Shown here: in pieces, positions 13,331-27,472 of the stretch
How the letters are laid out: each line of letters starts with the position of its first letter
Numbering within the stretch: the stretch's first letter is position 1
Assembly: GCA_028534125.1 (NCBI GenBank)
Contig: CM052817.1
Location: 100,690,001-100,754,000 of the forward strand
Origin: Lama glama
Lineage: Eukaryota
Reading direction: 5' to 3'
Length of the DNA stretch: 64,000 nucleotides
Translations under genes and position numbers: made by a program
Notes under the pieces: model-generated
Told to the model about the DNA's origin: nothing
Database searches by the model: none
The model's input: only the letters and a program-made list of their open reading frames with translations

Positions 13331-15589
13331 TATAATTTTAAATTGCTGCTATACAAAATCTGAATTCTGTTATATTCAATACTCAGTTCCATAATTCCTG
13401 CTTATACACCTATGCAATACTTAAGTTTCATAATTCCAGGTGACTCCTCCTACTTTAATCTCTGATGTAAATTAACAGAAGCAAATGGACACCTTCAAAA
13501 TGATTCTAAAAAGCAAAATGCAATTCATTTACCTAAACAAAAAATAACTTGGAAGGTTTGCCACCGTCTCTAAAGCCTAATACTACCTATATCTCATATT
13601 GCACTTAATATGCACCACCATTTGGAGAACTGAAAGTTTATCCATTCTAATAATTCACAGATTTTTTTCAATCATTTTGACCTAATTCTACATAACCATC
13701 CTATTGTTAAAGTTATTATTTTAAGTACTAATTAATAAGTCTATAAAAATCTACTACTGTTGTAAAATTGGTACATAAAAAGATTTTGAAAACTCAAATT
13801 TTAAGTGACTTGATAAGTTACTGCTTCATTACATTCCTTATAATGCTTTAATCTATTTGTAAAAACTTTCTATTTTCTGCTTAAGAGAAGGTCAACGGCT
13901 TTCACTTCACTACTCTAACATAATCATGAATTGAAATAAGAACTCTTAGCTCTTTGGACCGACAAAGCTACCAGTATGCCTAAGCCAATAAAGCAATTCG
14001 TTCATTAATGCTGCTAATAAAGCAACCTTTTGTTAGTCTATGAAACATCAGAAACCTCAGAGACTCTAACTTTGCAATTTTTCTCTGTTTTTGCCATATG
14101 AACTTAAAGTTCTCTTACATGCCATTTACTTTAACAACTAAAACAAAATCATTCTAGAAATTTGACCTTTCACTCGAGGTAATTTAATAACATACTAGTT
14201 TCAACTTCAGAAAACTGTTCCTGCATGAAACTACTTATATTTTATTTAATTACTCTCTTCTGTTTTCTCATAGAGCCAATTTGTGTTGAAATCTGTGACA
14301 TCTTATAATAAACAACTAAAGGAACAACCCCTCTAATATTCTCAAAATGAAGAACAAAAATGTTCATTTACTCAATCAGCATTAATTGATCAACTACAAT
14401 AAAGTAAGGCATGGAAGATACTGCAAAGATTAAAACACAACCTCTGCCCTTGAGTAACTCAATTTAAGGAATGTAACAGGTATCTAAAAAAATTACTGTA
14501 AGGTAGCTTATAACAGTGTCAACTACTAAATATAATAGTTAGTATGAAGGATGTAATTAATTGAGCTTAAACAAAATAAAAAGCCTTCAATGAGGAGACT
14601 CTAAATAAAGGAAAGTGATCTTAGGCTTAGTGAATAACTCATATACAAAAACAGATACAGAAAACACTACAGTAAATTCAGAAATTTATAACTAATTTAG
14701 TAAGGCTAGAATGGATCATGTATGTAGGGAATTAATAAGAAATGCCTGTCAGTTCTTGAAGGGCCATGTTTGTGTTGTTCTAGACTTTGGTCTTTATATG
14801 ATGAGTAGTCATTAAAAGATTGTAAGAAAAGGTATATGGTGCTCAGGTCTGATTTTTTAGAAAGGTTACTCCTGAGATGCCTGAATGCCCAGAGCTTCTA
14901 CTTTCAATAACTTCAGACCACATAATGCTTTTGGGTATTTGGGTTATATATCCCAGGAGTACATGAATGCCAGATTTTCAAGTGTGATTCATGTTCAGCA
15001 TAATTATGTATCTACTGTGTTCTGCTAATTTAACTTGAGCACTCTCTAAAACTAATTGCCAATCAAAGAGAAGTATCAATAAATAAAATATTGGTTCCAA
15101 TAATAATCAGGCATTTTCAACTCCTTCAAAGTATTAGAAAGACATCAGTTTTCATGTACTGTAAAGTCATATTGCTGGTCAATTTTAACAGTTTCACTTA
15201 ATGTCAACAGATTGTGCTTAGAATTTGTAAAATAAGTCCTAAAATTCAGCCAACTGTAATCCTTAGTGTCAACATCCATGGTACTGTCTGCCTGGCACCC
15301 TTGCCTTCTTCCAAACACTCTCTCTTATTCTAACTATCCTCCTTTCACAGACATCCCAACAGCTACCTTGGGAGCTCAACATTCTTACATGACCCTGGAC
15401 TACAGTGAATTAGTTCAACTTGACCAAGCCATACCAGTGAGTCTATTAATGCTTTAATCTGGGGCTCAAAAATTAGTCACAACCTCTCCAGAGGCCAACA
15501 GTCTAAGAAAAAATTCTAAGATAAGGATTCCCAACACGTGGAAAAGCCAGTCTACACTGAAAAACATGAAGGAAGAAAGTTTATTATAC

Positions 15590-15800
15590 AATTCTATTTA
15601 TATTGTGTGTATTTGAAATTTTCCACATACAAAGGTTTTAGTCTGAAAGCTACGAAGACACGTAAGCAGTACATATGTTCTCACCATCAGCTTAGTAAAT
15701 AAAACTCTACCAACATAATTCTCTTCCCTGTGAACCACACCCTGATTCTACATCCTACCCCCACAAAACACTATCTTGAATCCCTCTTCACTGTTAAACA
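15590..15800 (-). mobile_element. L1ME-like 3' end
   Basis: tttgaaattttccacatacaaaagg ... accatcagctt pattern typical of reverse-oriented old L1 ends. Confidence 0.55.
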
Positions 15801-15989
15801 TTCTCCAAATATCAATCTAAATGCTGCTTCCTTGGGGAAAGGTCTTTCCCAGCTCAAAACACTCATTAGGTTAAGTACCCATGTTATGTGATTTCATGGC
15901 TTTTATCACAGTTGTGATTTATTTGAGTACTTCATAACAACCTATCTAGTAGACCTACTGCTTCCATGAATTCAAGAAATTCTATTCAG

Positions 15990-17350
15990 TCCTTAGCTGA
16001 CTACTAAACTAACTCAGCAGAGATTTCAGTGGCTTGACAACAAAGAACTCAGGTTTTACAAAATTAGTTGAGAAAGATCACTTTAAAATAAACAATAACA
16101 AAAACAAATCTTGAGAGGGGGAAGAAACTGATTTCCAGAGCTGCCACAATTTCAAATGGCCAGTTTCCAACAAAAAATTACAAGACATGCAAAGAAATTT
16201 GAAAGTATGGCTCTTTGACACAGAGAAAAAAGCAGTCAATAGAAACTTCCTATGGAAGTCCAGACGCTGGATTTACTAAACAACAACATTCAACCAGCTA
16301 TTTTAAATATGTCCAAAGAACTAAAGGAAAACATGACAAAAGAACTAAAGTTCAGAGAACAGTATCTGAGCAAATAGAGAACATCAATAAAGAGAAATAA
16401 ATTTTTAAAAAGAACCAAACAGAAATTCTGGAATTAAAAAGTACAACAGCTGAAATGAAAAACTCATTAGAAGAATTCAACAGCAGAACTAAGCAGGCAG
16501 AAGAAATAATCAGCAGATCTGAAGACAAGGCAATTGAGATTAACCCATCTAAGGATAGAAAGAAGAATGAAGAAACATAAACAGAGTCTCAGAGAGTCTC
16601 TGGGACACCATCAAGCTTATCCACATACACAAAACGAAAATTCCAGAAGATTACAAGACATTATAACCAAAAACTTCCAAATTTTGATTAAAAACACTAA
16701 TCTACACAAAAGCTCAATGAATTTCAACTAGAATAAACTCAGAGAACTACACCTCACTACATGATAATCAAACTGTCAAAAGCCAGAGAATCTTGAAAGC
16801 AGCAAGAAGTAACACATCATGTGTAAGAGATTTTGAATAGAGTCAACAGAAAATTTCTCATCAGAAACCAAGGAGGCCAGCATGTCAGAAAAAAAAAGAC
16901 TGTTAACCAAGAATATTCAGCAAAACAAAAAAAGATATTAAGAAATTCCTAGATAAACAAAAACTGCAGGAATTCATCTCTAGCAGACTTGCTCTGTAAG
17001 AAATACCAAAGGGAGTCCTTCAGGTTGAAATAAAAAGTAATGGTTCTCCTCATTTCTTCATGTGAATTCAAGTTACTGTCTAAGTGTCTTTTCTTGTCGA
17101 CCTTAAGTTATCTAACAGTTATCTACAGAACACTCCATCCAACAGCAGCAGAATATACATTCTTCTCAAGGGTACATTCTACAGGAAGACCGTATGTTAG
17201 ACCAAAAAACAAGTCTCAAAAAATTCAAAGAGAATGAAATCATACAAAGTATCTTCTCCAATTACAAGAGAATAAAAATAAAAATTAACAGCTACAATAT
17301 ATGCTAGGATATGGGTGAACCTTGAAACCATTATGCCAAATGAAATATAC
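15990..17350 (+). mobile_element. Old L1 5' region: degenerate ORF1 plus endonuclease fragment
   Basis: aagaaccaaacagaaattctggaattaaaaagtacaac (ORF1 coiled coil); tacagaacactccatccaacagcagcagaatatacattcttctcaag (EN); many frameshifts. Confidence 0.9.
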
Positions 17351-17789
17351 AGTATCAGTATAAAAAACAAGAAAACAACAAACCCTTAAAGATCATTATC
17401 CCTGATAAATGCCAAAACTAATAAGCAAAGAAGGACACACATTAGAGAAGAGAAAAAGGAAAGATATTTAGAAATAATCTTTGTAAACCGCAAAGGGGTC
17501 TTCCACTCACATGGCTTTCAAGTAAGGAAAAAGTAACGTAATAAAGCTCAGGAACGTTTGGGAACCGAATGGCAGACCTCTCGGACATGGTTTCAGATTT
17601 AAGGACACATTATTATTACTTCTTTTTTATCAGATGCCAATAAAATCAGAATTACTACCTATCAATCATTCTCTCACATTTGTAACTTTTTAAAACATAC
17701 TGACCTGACAATCAAAGTATGTAATAGTTAACAGCCCCCCAATTTTTAAGAGATCTTCATTACAAAAAGAAAAAGTACGCCAACACAAT

Positions 17790-18110
17790 TATTTAATTTA
17801 CTATGCTAGGCACTAACACAGCAAACACAGATACACACTGCCCTCTGAAAACTTCACCTACTGGAGAGATTAATATGAAGTACTCAAACAAAAGACAATT
17901 GTGATAAAAGCCATGAAAGCATGTAACAGGGGCACTTAACCTAGTGAGTGCTCTGAATCAGGAAAGACCTTTCCCCAAGGAAGCGATGTTTAGACTGATA
18001 AATTTGGAGAATGTTTAAAAGTGAAGAGGGATTCAAGATAGTCATTGGTGGGGGATGGGGCATGGAATCGGGGTGACTCACAGGGAAGAGAATTACAGTG
18101 GTAAGGTTTT
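17790..18110 (-). mobile_element. L2 fragment
   Basis: tactatgctaggcact ... ctgccctct ... tcaggaaagacctttccc pattern. Confidence 0.6.
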
Positions 18111-18169
18111 TATATATTAAGCTGGTGGTGAGAACATGTGCTATTTGTGTCCTCATAACTTCCAGATTA

Positions 18170-19065
18170 AAAAAAAAAACTTTTATATGGAAAATTTCAA
18201 ACATACACAAAATAAACAGAATAGCATAATAAATTCCTATGTCCTCATTACTCAACTCCAGCAGCCATCAACATTCTGCCATTCTTGTTTCATCTATACC
18301 CTTCATACCCTGCCACCAGCTCGATTGCTATTTTTATATTTTTAGGTAAAATTTACATACATTGACATATACACTTCTTAACTATGCAACTCTTGACAAG
18401 CAGATACACTTGTGTAACTCACATCTCTATTAGACACAACATTTTCATCACTTCAGAAAGACAACCGCATATCCCTTCCCAGTTAAGCACCAGCATTCCA
18501 CACAATCAAAAGAACTGAACCACTGTTCAATATTATTTTATTTTTTACCAAAGATTAGCTTTGCCTGTTCTAGAACCTAATATAAACAGAATACCCTACT
18601 GTGGCCAGCATCTTTCTCTGAGTGTGTTTGTGAAGTTCATCCATGTCATTTGCATGCATGGTCCTTTCTTTTTATTACTGGTAGTATTCCAATGCATGAA
18701 TATACCAAAACTTTTTATCCCATTGATTGACATTTGGGTTGTTTCCAATTGTTAACTATAACGAATAAATCTACTATAAACATTCTTGAAAAGGCTTTTT
18801 GTGGACATATGTTTTCGTTTCTCTTGGGAAAGCACCCAGGAGCATAACTGCAAGATTCAAAAGTCGCTGCATGCTTAAATTGATAAGAAATGCCAAATGG
18901 TTTTCCAAAGTGGTTCTCCCATTTTATATTCACACTAGCAACTTTTGGGAGTTCTGGGAGCGTTACTAGAAAATCTGTTGTTGCAGTCATTTTAATTTTA
19001 GCCCTTCTAGTTGGTTTTAGTGGCCATCTCGTGGTTTCTATTTGCATTTCCTTAATGACTAATAT
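18170..19065 (-). mobile_element. Two old L1M 3' fragments
   Basis: ttttatatggaaaatttcaaacatacac; gacatttgggttgtttccaa; tgccaaatggttttccaaagtgg; ttgcatttccttaatgactaat. Confidence 0.85.
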
Positions 19066-19488
19066 TCATAACTTTGACATATATTAAAAGTGGGTAATTT
19101 CTTCAATGAAAAGTGAGGAGTATATTAACACAGAAAATAACAAGAGCAAAGAAAAGATATCACATTTGGATCAAGAGGCTGGCAATGGCTACAGCAAGCA
19201 AGGAGTAGTAGACTAGGTTAAACCACATGGATGGAGATTATCATGAGTTCAGATTTAGACTCTTGTCTGAGGTGCCTGTGGGATAGCTAAGCAGAGTTAT
19301 AACAGAAGTCTGGAACCTAGATAAGGAAGGCCTAGAGCAACAGACATGTAATTCTCTTCATTAGTGAAAAGCAAAGTGGTGAGACTACCTAGGGAGAAGG
19401 AACAAGGAAGCAATAAAAAGAAGCGTAGGACCAACACACAAGAAATTACAATTTTTGTGAACCAAGCAGAAGAGAAGCTTACTAAACA

Positions 19489-19520
<32 letters not shown>

Positions 19521-19745
19521 AAGAGTAACAGACCCAAAAGATTTGAAGGAGTAAGTCTAAAAATATCCACTTAATTTATTTAACAGAGGTTACTAGTATC
19601 ATTAGCAAATACTATTTGGTGCTGTGAATAAACTGAAGAGGTGGGTCAAAGGTGAGAAATGGAAACAAACATAAGTAATGATTTCAAGCACCTGGCTAGG
19701 AAAGAGAAAAAAAAATCAGTAATGTGGTACCCAGGAAGATACATA

Positions 19746-19843
19746 GTTTTGTTTAGTTTTGCTTTGTTTTTAAAGGGAGGTACTGGGGAGTGAACCTAGG
19801 ACCTCATGCATGCTAAGCATGCGCTCTACCACTGAGCTATCCC
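19746..19843 (-). mobile_element. Vic-1-type camelid tRNA-Ala-derived SINE
   Basis: Minus strand GGGATAGCTCAGTGGTAGAGCGCATGCTTAGCATGCATGAGGTCCTAGGTTCACTCCCCAGTACCTCC plus A-rich tail. Confidence 0.85.
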
Positions 19844-20218
19844 ACTGTTTTGTTTTTTTAAATAGTAAGAATTGGTTGTGTTTAAACACTGATGAGAAGA
19901 ATCCAGTGTAAAAAAAAATGAAGCTGAATATACAAAAGGAGGAGATAATAGTGCTAAGTACTCCACAGGGAGGGTAGGAAACAGAGAAAGCCTTACACAA
20001 AAAGCAGTACTGCCTCTATATTACATTAAGGACGAAGAAAAAGTAGTAAAGATAGTGGGCAACTAAGGGCTGCCATGTGGTACTCCTATTTCACTGTAAA
20101 GTAACAGGAAATGCCTTCTGTAGAAAGAGAAGGGCCATGTTGGAGGAGGTGTGAGGAGACTGGAAGACAAACAGTTATGGTGATTACGAAACCAGTTGAC
20201 AAGAGTAACATTAACAAG

Positions 20219-20350
20219 AGGAGGGTCTAGCTCAGAGGTAGAGTGCATGTACATGAGGTCCTGGGTTCAATCCCCAGTATCTCCATCAAAAATAAAAAAT
20301 AAAAAAGGAAACCTAATTACCTCCCTCTGCAAAACAAAAACAAGCAAACC
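20219..20350 (+). mobile_element. Vic-1-type SINE
   Basis: gagggtctagctcagaggtagagtgc ... gaggtcctgggttcaatccccagta ... acctaattacctccc plus A-rich tail. Confidence 0.85.
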
Positions 20351-20399
20351 AGTAACGCAACAGCAGTAGGGTACACCTGTGGTTGATGATCATAGAATG

Positions 20400-20704
20400 T
20401 TTTTTGATTTTTTTAACTGCAGTATAGTTAACGTACAATAAGTTATAGGTACACAACAGTGATTCACAAGTCTTAAAGGTTATACTCCATTTATAGTTAT
20501 TATAAATTATTGGCCATATTCCCTGTGTTGTACAACATATCCTCATAGCCAATTTATTTTATACATAGTAGTTTATACTTCTTAATTCCTTACCCCTATG
20601 TTGCCCCTTCCTCATTCCCTCTCCCCACTGGTAACCACTAGTCCATCCACGTTGCTGCAGATGGCAAGACTTCATTCCTTTTTATGGGTAAGTAATGTAA
20701 CACT

Positions 20705-20753
<49 letters not shown>

Positions 20754-21102
20754 ACATCTTCTTCATCCAGTCATCTGTTGTTGATGGACATTTGGGTTGC
20801 TTCCATATTTTGGCAATTGTAAATACTGCTGCTATGAACATTGGGTACACATATCTTTTCAAATTTGCTTTCTTTTTTTTTCAGATTCCAAGAGTGGAAC
20901 TGCTGAGTCATATGGTAATTCTATTTTTAGTTTTTTGAGAAACCTCGGTACTGTTTTCCACAATGGCTGTACCAGTTTACATTCCCACCAACAGTCTATG
21001 AAGGTTTTCTTTCTCCACATCCTCACCAACAATTGTTAGTTGTGGTCTTTTTGATGACAGACATTCTGACAGGTGTGAGGTGACATCTCACTGTGGTTTT
21101 AA
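20400..21102 (-). mobile_element. L1 3' fragment (L1MA/artiodactyl type) containing (CA)n
   Basis: gcagtatagtta ... gctatgaacattggg ... ttacattcccaccaacag ... aggtgtgaggtgacatctc. Confidence 0.9.
20707..20749. repeat. (CA)n microsatellite, about 21 units
   Basis: Seen directly. Confidence 0.97.
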
Positions 21103-21689
21103 TGATGGTCATGAATTGATAATGAAAGAAATATGTCCTTTCAGGTGATTTTTGACTACAACACTCATATGGTTTACAAATGGAGGAAGCAGATAATTCT
21201 GAATTGAGATTTTGCCAAACAGTTGGGACAAATATATGCAAGTAAAACGAATTTAGGATATGGACAAGAAGTAGACAAGACTCTCAGTTAACAAGAAATG
21301 TGAAAAATGGAGACATACAATGACTGGAAAAATGAGAAGCCAAAAGACGAGAAGTAGAAAAGACTTGGCAGAATAGGTATAATGGCTAATCAACAGTTAC
21401 ACAGCTAATCAAGCAACCCTAAGAGATATAAAGTGCTTATTAGTGATTTACTAAATGGGACTCCCATGAGAGTGAGGAATAGGGTAGACTGGAGGAGAAA
21501 GTCACAGGTTTGGTGAGGTCAGGGAAATGAGACTCAGGATGTTGGTACATCATCCATGTGGATGCTGAAATTACCCAGAATCACTGTATGACCTGGAAGG
21601 TACAAGGAGATAAGGAGCAATGTGCCACTGTCTTACAGGAATAAGAACCTACCAGGAAGGCAGCAGATGGCAGCTAAAAGGCAGCTAAG

Positions 21690-21900
21690 AACAGTAACTG
21701 ACACTGTTCTAAATGCTTCTTATGTATTAACTTCTTTTAATTCTTATAATAATCTATAAGGTAAGAAAAGATGCTACTACTATTACTACTTCTGTTACTA
21801 CTACTACTACTACTACTACTACAGATAAAGAAACAAACTCAAAGCAGTTTCAAGAGATTTAACAAAGGTTGCTCTCCTAAACCACAATGCTACAGGATAC
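21690..21900 (-). mobile_element. MIR remnant with (TAC)n repeat at about 21774-21822
   Basis: cactgttctaaatgct ... ttaattcttataataatctataaggta ... tacagataaagaaac. Confidence 0.7.
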
Positions 21901-22419
21901 TGCAAGACATTAAAAACCAAAGTGAGAGGAGTACAGGGCACAAAGAATCTCCAGATAGAGTGAAATTTCAATTAAGGAAATTTATAAAATATAGGCTATA
22001 TTTTTAAGTCCCCAAAATGTATCAGATTAAATAACCTGAAAAGCCTTCCCACAGAAACTTTATCCAGAAAGGATAAATCAAAATCATTCATTTAAATAAA
22101 TCTTTCAGCTACCATGAAAGAAAAATCTTTTAAGTGCCAGTAACACAAGAAAAACTAATAATAAGTTGACAATGCATCTGCCCTAGGATGGGTTGCTTGT
22201 CTTAATCTATATATTTGGCCTTTAACTCTTATGCAGGGATCGTAGGTGAGAATTTTGGCCTTTGGTGAGAGACTTTGGAATTCAAATCCCTCTTCCTCTT
22301 CCATACACTAACACATAAATAGAGCCAAGACTCAGAGAAGACTGTAATTTTAGTAAATGGGTCCTGGACAGCTCAATAAGACAAGAAAAACAAAGAGGCT
22401 TAAGCTTGGAGAGCAAGAA

Positions 22420-23890
22420 AAACATCATTATTCCTTGATTATCTGGTTAACTACATAGGGCACCCAAGAGAATCTATCATGAGAATTAGAGCTCAGCAAG
22501 GTTGCTGAACACAAAGTCAGTGTACCAACAGCAATTTGTTTCCCATACTAACTGGTTATTGGTGGGTGCTAGTTTGTAACCACCATTTACAAAATGTATT
22601 TTTGTAAAAATTTATAGTTCACAATAATAACAAAAACCGTAAGAACCTAAGAATAAATCTAATAGAAAATTTCTGTGAAAACACAACTGTACTGAAAAAT
22701 ATTGAAGAACATCTAAATAGAGATACATACCACAGTCATCCAATAAGACGACAGTTATCCTCATTGTACACCTGTAGATTCAATGAAATTCTAATCACAG
22801 TACCAAACAGGGTTTGGAATTTGTTTTCTGTTGGATTTTCTTTGAGGTGAGGTGAAATCTGACAAACTGGCCTAAATTTCACTGAGAGAGATTTACCTTA
22901 CCAGACATCAAGACATATCAAAACTGTTGTAATTAATACAGTGTGATGATGACATGAAAGTAGACAAAACAAATAAAACTACAATACAGAATAGACTCTA
23001 GAAAATAAACCCATGTAGTAAATGTACAACTTTTAAACAAAGTTAAAAACAACCTATAACTAGGAAGATATTTGCAATGCATGTTACCAAAAACATTAAT
23101 AATCCAGATTTTAAAAAGAATTTCCACAAATCAATATAAAAGCCAATTCCTAAAAGAAATTTAAAAAACTGCAAAGGACACTGAGAAAAGATTCACAAAT
23201 AGGAGACCATCATGCAAAGATGTTCAACTTTACCAGAAATCAAAGTAACAGAAATGAAAACTACGAAATTCCACTTCTTATCTTTCAGAAAGGCAAAAAT
23301 CAGGAGCTAAATTAAATAAAATTGTCGATAAGATGTGGGAAAACATGCTGGCAGGTACAAAGCAGTACCTCAACTTTGGACTGGATTTGGCAATACTTGG
23401 TAAGATAAAGTAGTACCTACATCTTGTGATCCAGCAGTTCTACTCCTGGGTATCTATCCTAGATAAAGTTACACAGTGACCAGGTATCCATGTACAAGTC
23501 TATTCATTACAATATCATTTGCCAAAAAGTAGGACTTGGTTATCTCTCAGTATGAAACTGAGTTTTACTCAACAATAGTTAAAAAGAATGAATTAGACCT
23601 ACATGTGTCAATACGAATGCACCTAGAAATCAATGTTATATAAAAATTGTTCAGATCATCTTTTATATAAATGTTTCATATGTACTATAGAACAGAGGAA
23701 TGGTGCAGCAGACTTCAGGATAATGGGCCCCTCTGCAGGAGGAAGGAAAGGATGAGGAGGGGAGAATTTTAAAAGAAAAAACGCTAACAATGGAAAAAGT
23801 TAACATGCTTGACCTTGAGGCTGAGTGCACAGGTGTTTGCTGTATTACTTTCTGTAAGTTTTTCTATGTTTGAATTATTTCATAATTTAA
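22420..23890 (+). mobile_element. Old L1ME-like ORF2/3' UTR fragment
   Basis: ctcagcaaggttgctgaacacaaagtc; taccttaccagacatcaagac; gatccagcagttctactcctgggtatctatcc; ends tgtttgaattatttcataat. Confidence 0.85.
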
Positions 23891-24694
23891 ACAAAATGTT
23901 AAGAGACTGAAAATAATAAGCGTGTTGATTATGAACAGCAATCCCAGAGAGTACAATAGAAGTAACTAGGAAACAGGAGAGAAATACACAAAAGGCTTCT
24001 GTCAAGGCAAAAAAATTATAAAACATTTTGAAGATGGTAATTAAGAAGATACGGCCACCTACTGATGAAAACAGGGATGATAGGTAAGTCTCAGACCTCT
24101 TGAGGAAGACAGAAATTGGGCCTCATGGCCAAACTACTTTGCCTCACTAGGACCAAGATAAAATAAGTCTAACTAGTTTATTATCTCAGCTCACTCGGCC
24201 TGGCATCATTGTGATTCTCAGCCACTCTAATCACTACACAGCATGAAAGTGACGGTGTTAAACCCTGAATCTAATAGGTACAAGGCATTCTGCTAGATAA
24301 TGCAAGAGACAGAAAGAGGTGTTTTATCAGTTCTGAGGAAGCTTTTCATTTCGTGTAAGAGCTAAGATGCACATAGAATGAAAAAGAAGAAGAAAAAAAA
24401 AAACTAGCACTTAACACCTAAACAAGTGTTACTGGAATTCAGAGGAAGAAAAAGATCCATCAGGCTGCTAGGATGTACAAGAAAGGTTTTACCACAGCCC
24501 TGGAGCTCAAGCTGAGTAGTGAAAGACAGAACAATTCAAAAGGTACAAAAATTGGCATTCTAGATAGAAAAAGATGGTAGATCTCTAGGGAGGGAAAAAT
24601 AAGAGTGTAAGTGCATGGTAATTTTTGGATCTTAATTAAAAAAATAAAATACTTTGACAATAAAATGTTTACAATCAGTAGATCAGGGTTTTTA

Positions 24695-26400
24695 CCTGCA
24701 AACAACAGAACTTATTTCCAGCAGTTTCATCAGAAAAGGAATTTATTACAACATTACTAGGTAATTCAAAGTATTCCCTGCAAAGAGCCAAAGAATCAGC
24801 TTGGAGGTACACAGCCAGAAGAAATACCTAAATCTCTCCACCAAATGACTCCCACTCTTTGAGCCATTGGTGCATGACAGGGGGGCCTAGACCGCAGGGC
24901 TCACTGGAACATCTGCCATGCTACCTGTGATCGCACAACGTCTCAACACCCAACAGCTGCATTAAGAAGCAATGCAAGCAAGAGCCGTTACCTTGCAATT
25001 CTCTCTTCTGAATTCCTTACAGAGGCATCTGATCAACAGAATCTAGGTCACATGTCCCTGTCCTAGATGCAAGGGACATTAGGAAATTGAGCTCTGCCTC
25101 CCACAGAACTCCTAACATCAATTTCTCCAAAAATTTGAAATTAAGACCAACTCTTGGCTATCGAACAACATGCACGTTTACTCCAAACTTCGAGCTCCAA
25201 AGAAGATTTTCAAGCCTGACAGATTATAACTAAGCCTTGCAATGAATAAAACTCTCTGTTCCTCAAAGGGAAAAAAGAATCAGTGTCATCAGTTACTGCA
25301 TACAGCTCCAATATCAGAATTTCTGGGTGGTGTCCCCCTCCCTTCTGGTTTCCTCCATAACCTATGGACTAAACTGCAAAGGGGGTGGAAATGGAAGAAC
25401 AAGTGAAAATATTTTTTAAATGCATAAACACACAAAGAAGGAAAATTCAACAGGTTCTACAGACCTGACCTGGGTCTAGGAACTGTGTGAAGAACTACAA
25501 CTCACTCTGAGACCTTCACTTGTGAAACCGAAAATTTTTGTTATACAGATCAAGTCGGATCTTAATGGTCTGCCCATGATCTCATGATCATTCAGCCACG
25601 GCCAAAAAGAAGCATTCAGGTCATTCACTGCAACTCTGATCATCATGCAGGTCATGCGACCTTATGGAAATAATGCCCACCTTGCCTATGAAAGTTAGAA
25701 GCATCTCAGACTCCATCTGAAATCAGAAAGATAATTTCAATAGAATTAAATATAAGTAGGTCTCCTACCTACAGACAACAACAATTATACTACTTTACAT
25801 AGATGTGGGCACTGTTCTCAAAGTATTTCTCATTACCTTGCTGAATAAAGTGTCTTCTGGACCTCTTAGTGGATAACAGTGGAGAGAGAATAAAGGAGGT
25901 GAGTGAATGGTCACAATGAAAAATCCACTCCATCAGTCCTATGTCTCTTAATCTTTTGACTTCTTCCTCTATATTATACATGAGTTTGTAGGTATTCAAC
26001 TTGATTGAGCGTAGGCCAGTGCTGAGACAAATCACAGCAGCAATTACCTCTCTTAGTTTCCTTGAGCTTGAATACTGAATTCAGAATCTCTGGTAATTGC
26101 ACCAGGCCAATACACTGACCAAATGTAAGAGCATGTTACCCTCTCATCATCAGAATCCACGAGTACAAGGACTCCTGAAGTTTTTTGGCTGACATGTTAG
26201 CAAAAAAATTTTTAAGTTGATATATAATCCTTTTCTTCCCATTTTAACTACCCAAAAGCACAGCAAGCTACAATCTGACTCTAGTTTCAGATCTGGAAAC
26301 AATGAGGATTATAGGGGTATGAGGAAACTGGCTTCCCCTTGCATGGTAACTGTCATAAGCAAGATTGTTATAGGTCTTCAAAGAAGACAGAGAAAGACAA
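24695..26400 (-). mobile_element. MaLR/ERVL fossil: MLT1-type LTR (about 24700-25100) and degenerate internal gag-like sequence
   Basis: ORF 25790-26035 contains YNIEEEVKRLRDIGLMEWIFH, resembling the ERVL/MaLR gag motif EEGIQRLREIGMLEWI. Confidence 0.65.
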
Positions 26401-26704
26401 CTTCTGCCATCAAGAGAGACTTCATGGTGTCTGGAGACCTGACTTGCACCTTTAATTCCATGTATAAAGAAAATGTATTCAAAAGATTATTAGCGGCCAT
26501 AAATACAGCATATGTCCAAAAAAAGAGGAGGCCACTTATTACACTGCTATTATATTCCCCCAAATTTTCTTAAAGTTAGACAATATGATTTTTCTATCTT
26601 TATTTTATGTATTTATTAGTATTTATCGTTGCAGCTTTTACACACTAAAATGATCGTCATTATCGTATTCAAATTAAAGAGCAATAAAGTTTATGCCTCT
26701 AGAG

Positions 26705-26965
26705 GGCAGCATTTCTCATAAAACAGGTTTGACAAATAAAAAAGGAATCCTATTGTCCAAGAAGTTTAAGAAACACAAGATAAACAAGCTTTCGCTAGTT
26801 TCTTTCTTGTAAGATGCCTCAGAGTCTTTAATACACCATTGTGCATTATGAATTGTCCACAGGCCACTTTTATGGTATACAGTGTTTCTTCAGACTTAAT
26901 CACAGAAACCTTTCTTCAAGGACTGTCTCCAGTGACTACTTCTACAGAATGCATTTTGGAAAACA
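26705..26965. mobile_element. MER5-like hAT MITE remnant
   Basis: cagcatttctc ... aagtttaagaaacac ... cattttggaaaac termini. Confidence 0.45.
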
Positions 26966-27119
26966 ATCTAGTGGATGAATTCTCTGAAGACAAGTTTCAC
27001 TTCCTTTTTTATTCACAGGCTTCCTCCTCTTATTTTTAAAACAGGTCCTTAGACATCCCCCTGTATTCACAGATCATGACCAAGAATGAATAAACATTGA
27101 CATTTATTTATTTTGGGGA

Positions 27120-27219
27120 NNNNNNNNNNNNNNNNNNNNNNNNNNNNNNNNNNNNNNNNNNNNNNNNNNNNNNNNNNNNNNNNNNNNNNNNNNNNNNNNN
27201 NNNNNNNNNNNNNNNNNNN
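27120..27219. other. Assembly gap (100 N)
   Basis: Seen directly. Confidence 1.
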
Positions 27220-27472
27220 GAAAAGAAAAGAAAAGAAAAGAAAAGAAAAGAAAAGAAAAGAAAAGAAAAGAAAAGAAAAGAAAAGAAAAGAAAAGAAAAG
27301 AAAAGAAAAGAAAAGAAAAGAAAAGAAAAGAAAAGAAAGGAGAAAGAAAAGAAAGGAGAAAGAAAAGAAAGGAGAAAGAAAAGAAAGGAGAAAGAAAAGA
27401 AAGGAGAAAGAAAAGAAAGGAGAAAGAAAAGAAAAGAAAGGAGAAAGAAAAGAAGAGAAAAAAGAAAAGAAA
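27220..27472 (+). repeat. (GAAAA)n pentamer array grading into a 16-mer variant (AAAGAAAAGAAAGGAG)
   Basis: About 250 bp of pure purine, seen directly. Confidence 0.98.

Noticed and set aside
16215..17237. L1 ORF1/EN-like ORFs
   Set aside because: Fragmented and frameshifted; not an active element.
19770..19843. tRNA-Ala-like sequences (also 20219 and 46351)
   Set aside because: Diverged copies with A-rich tails, one with a clear TSD; these are SINEs, not tRNA genes.
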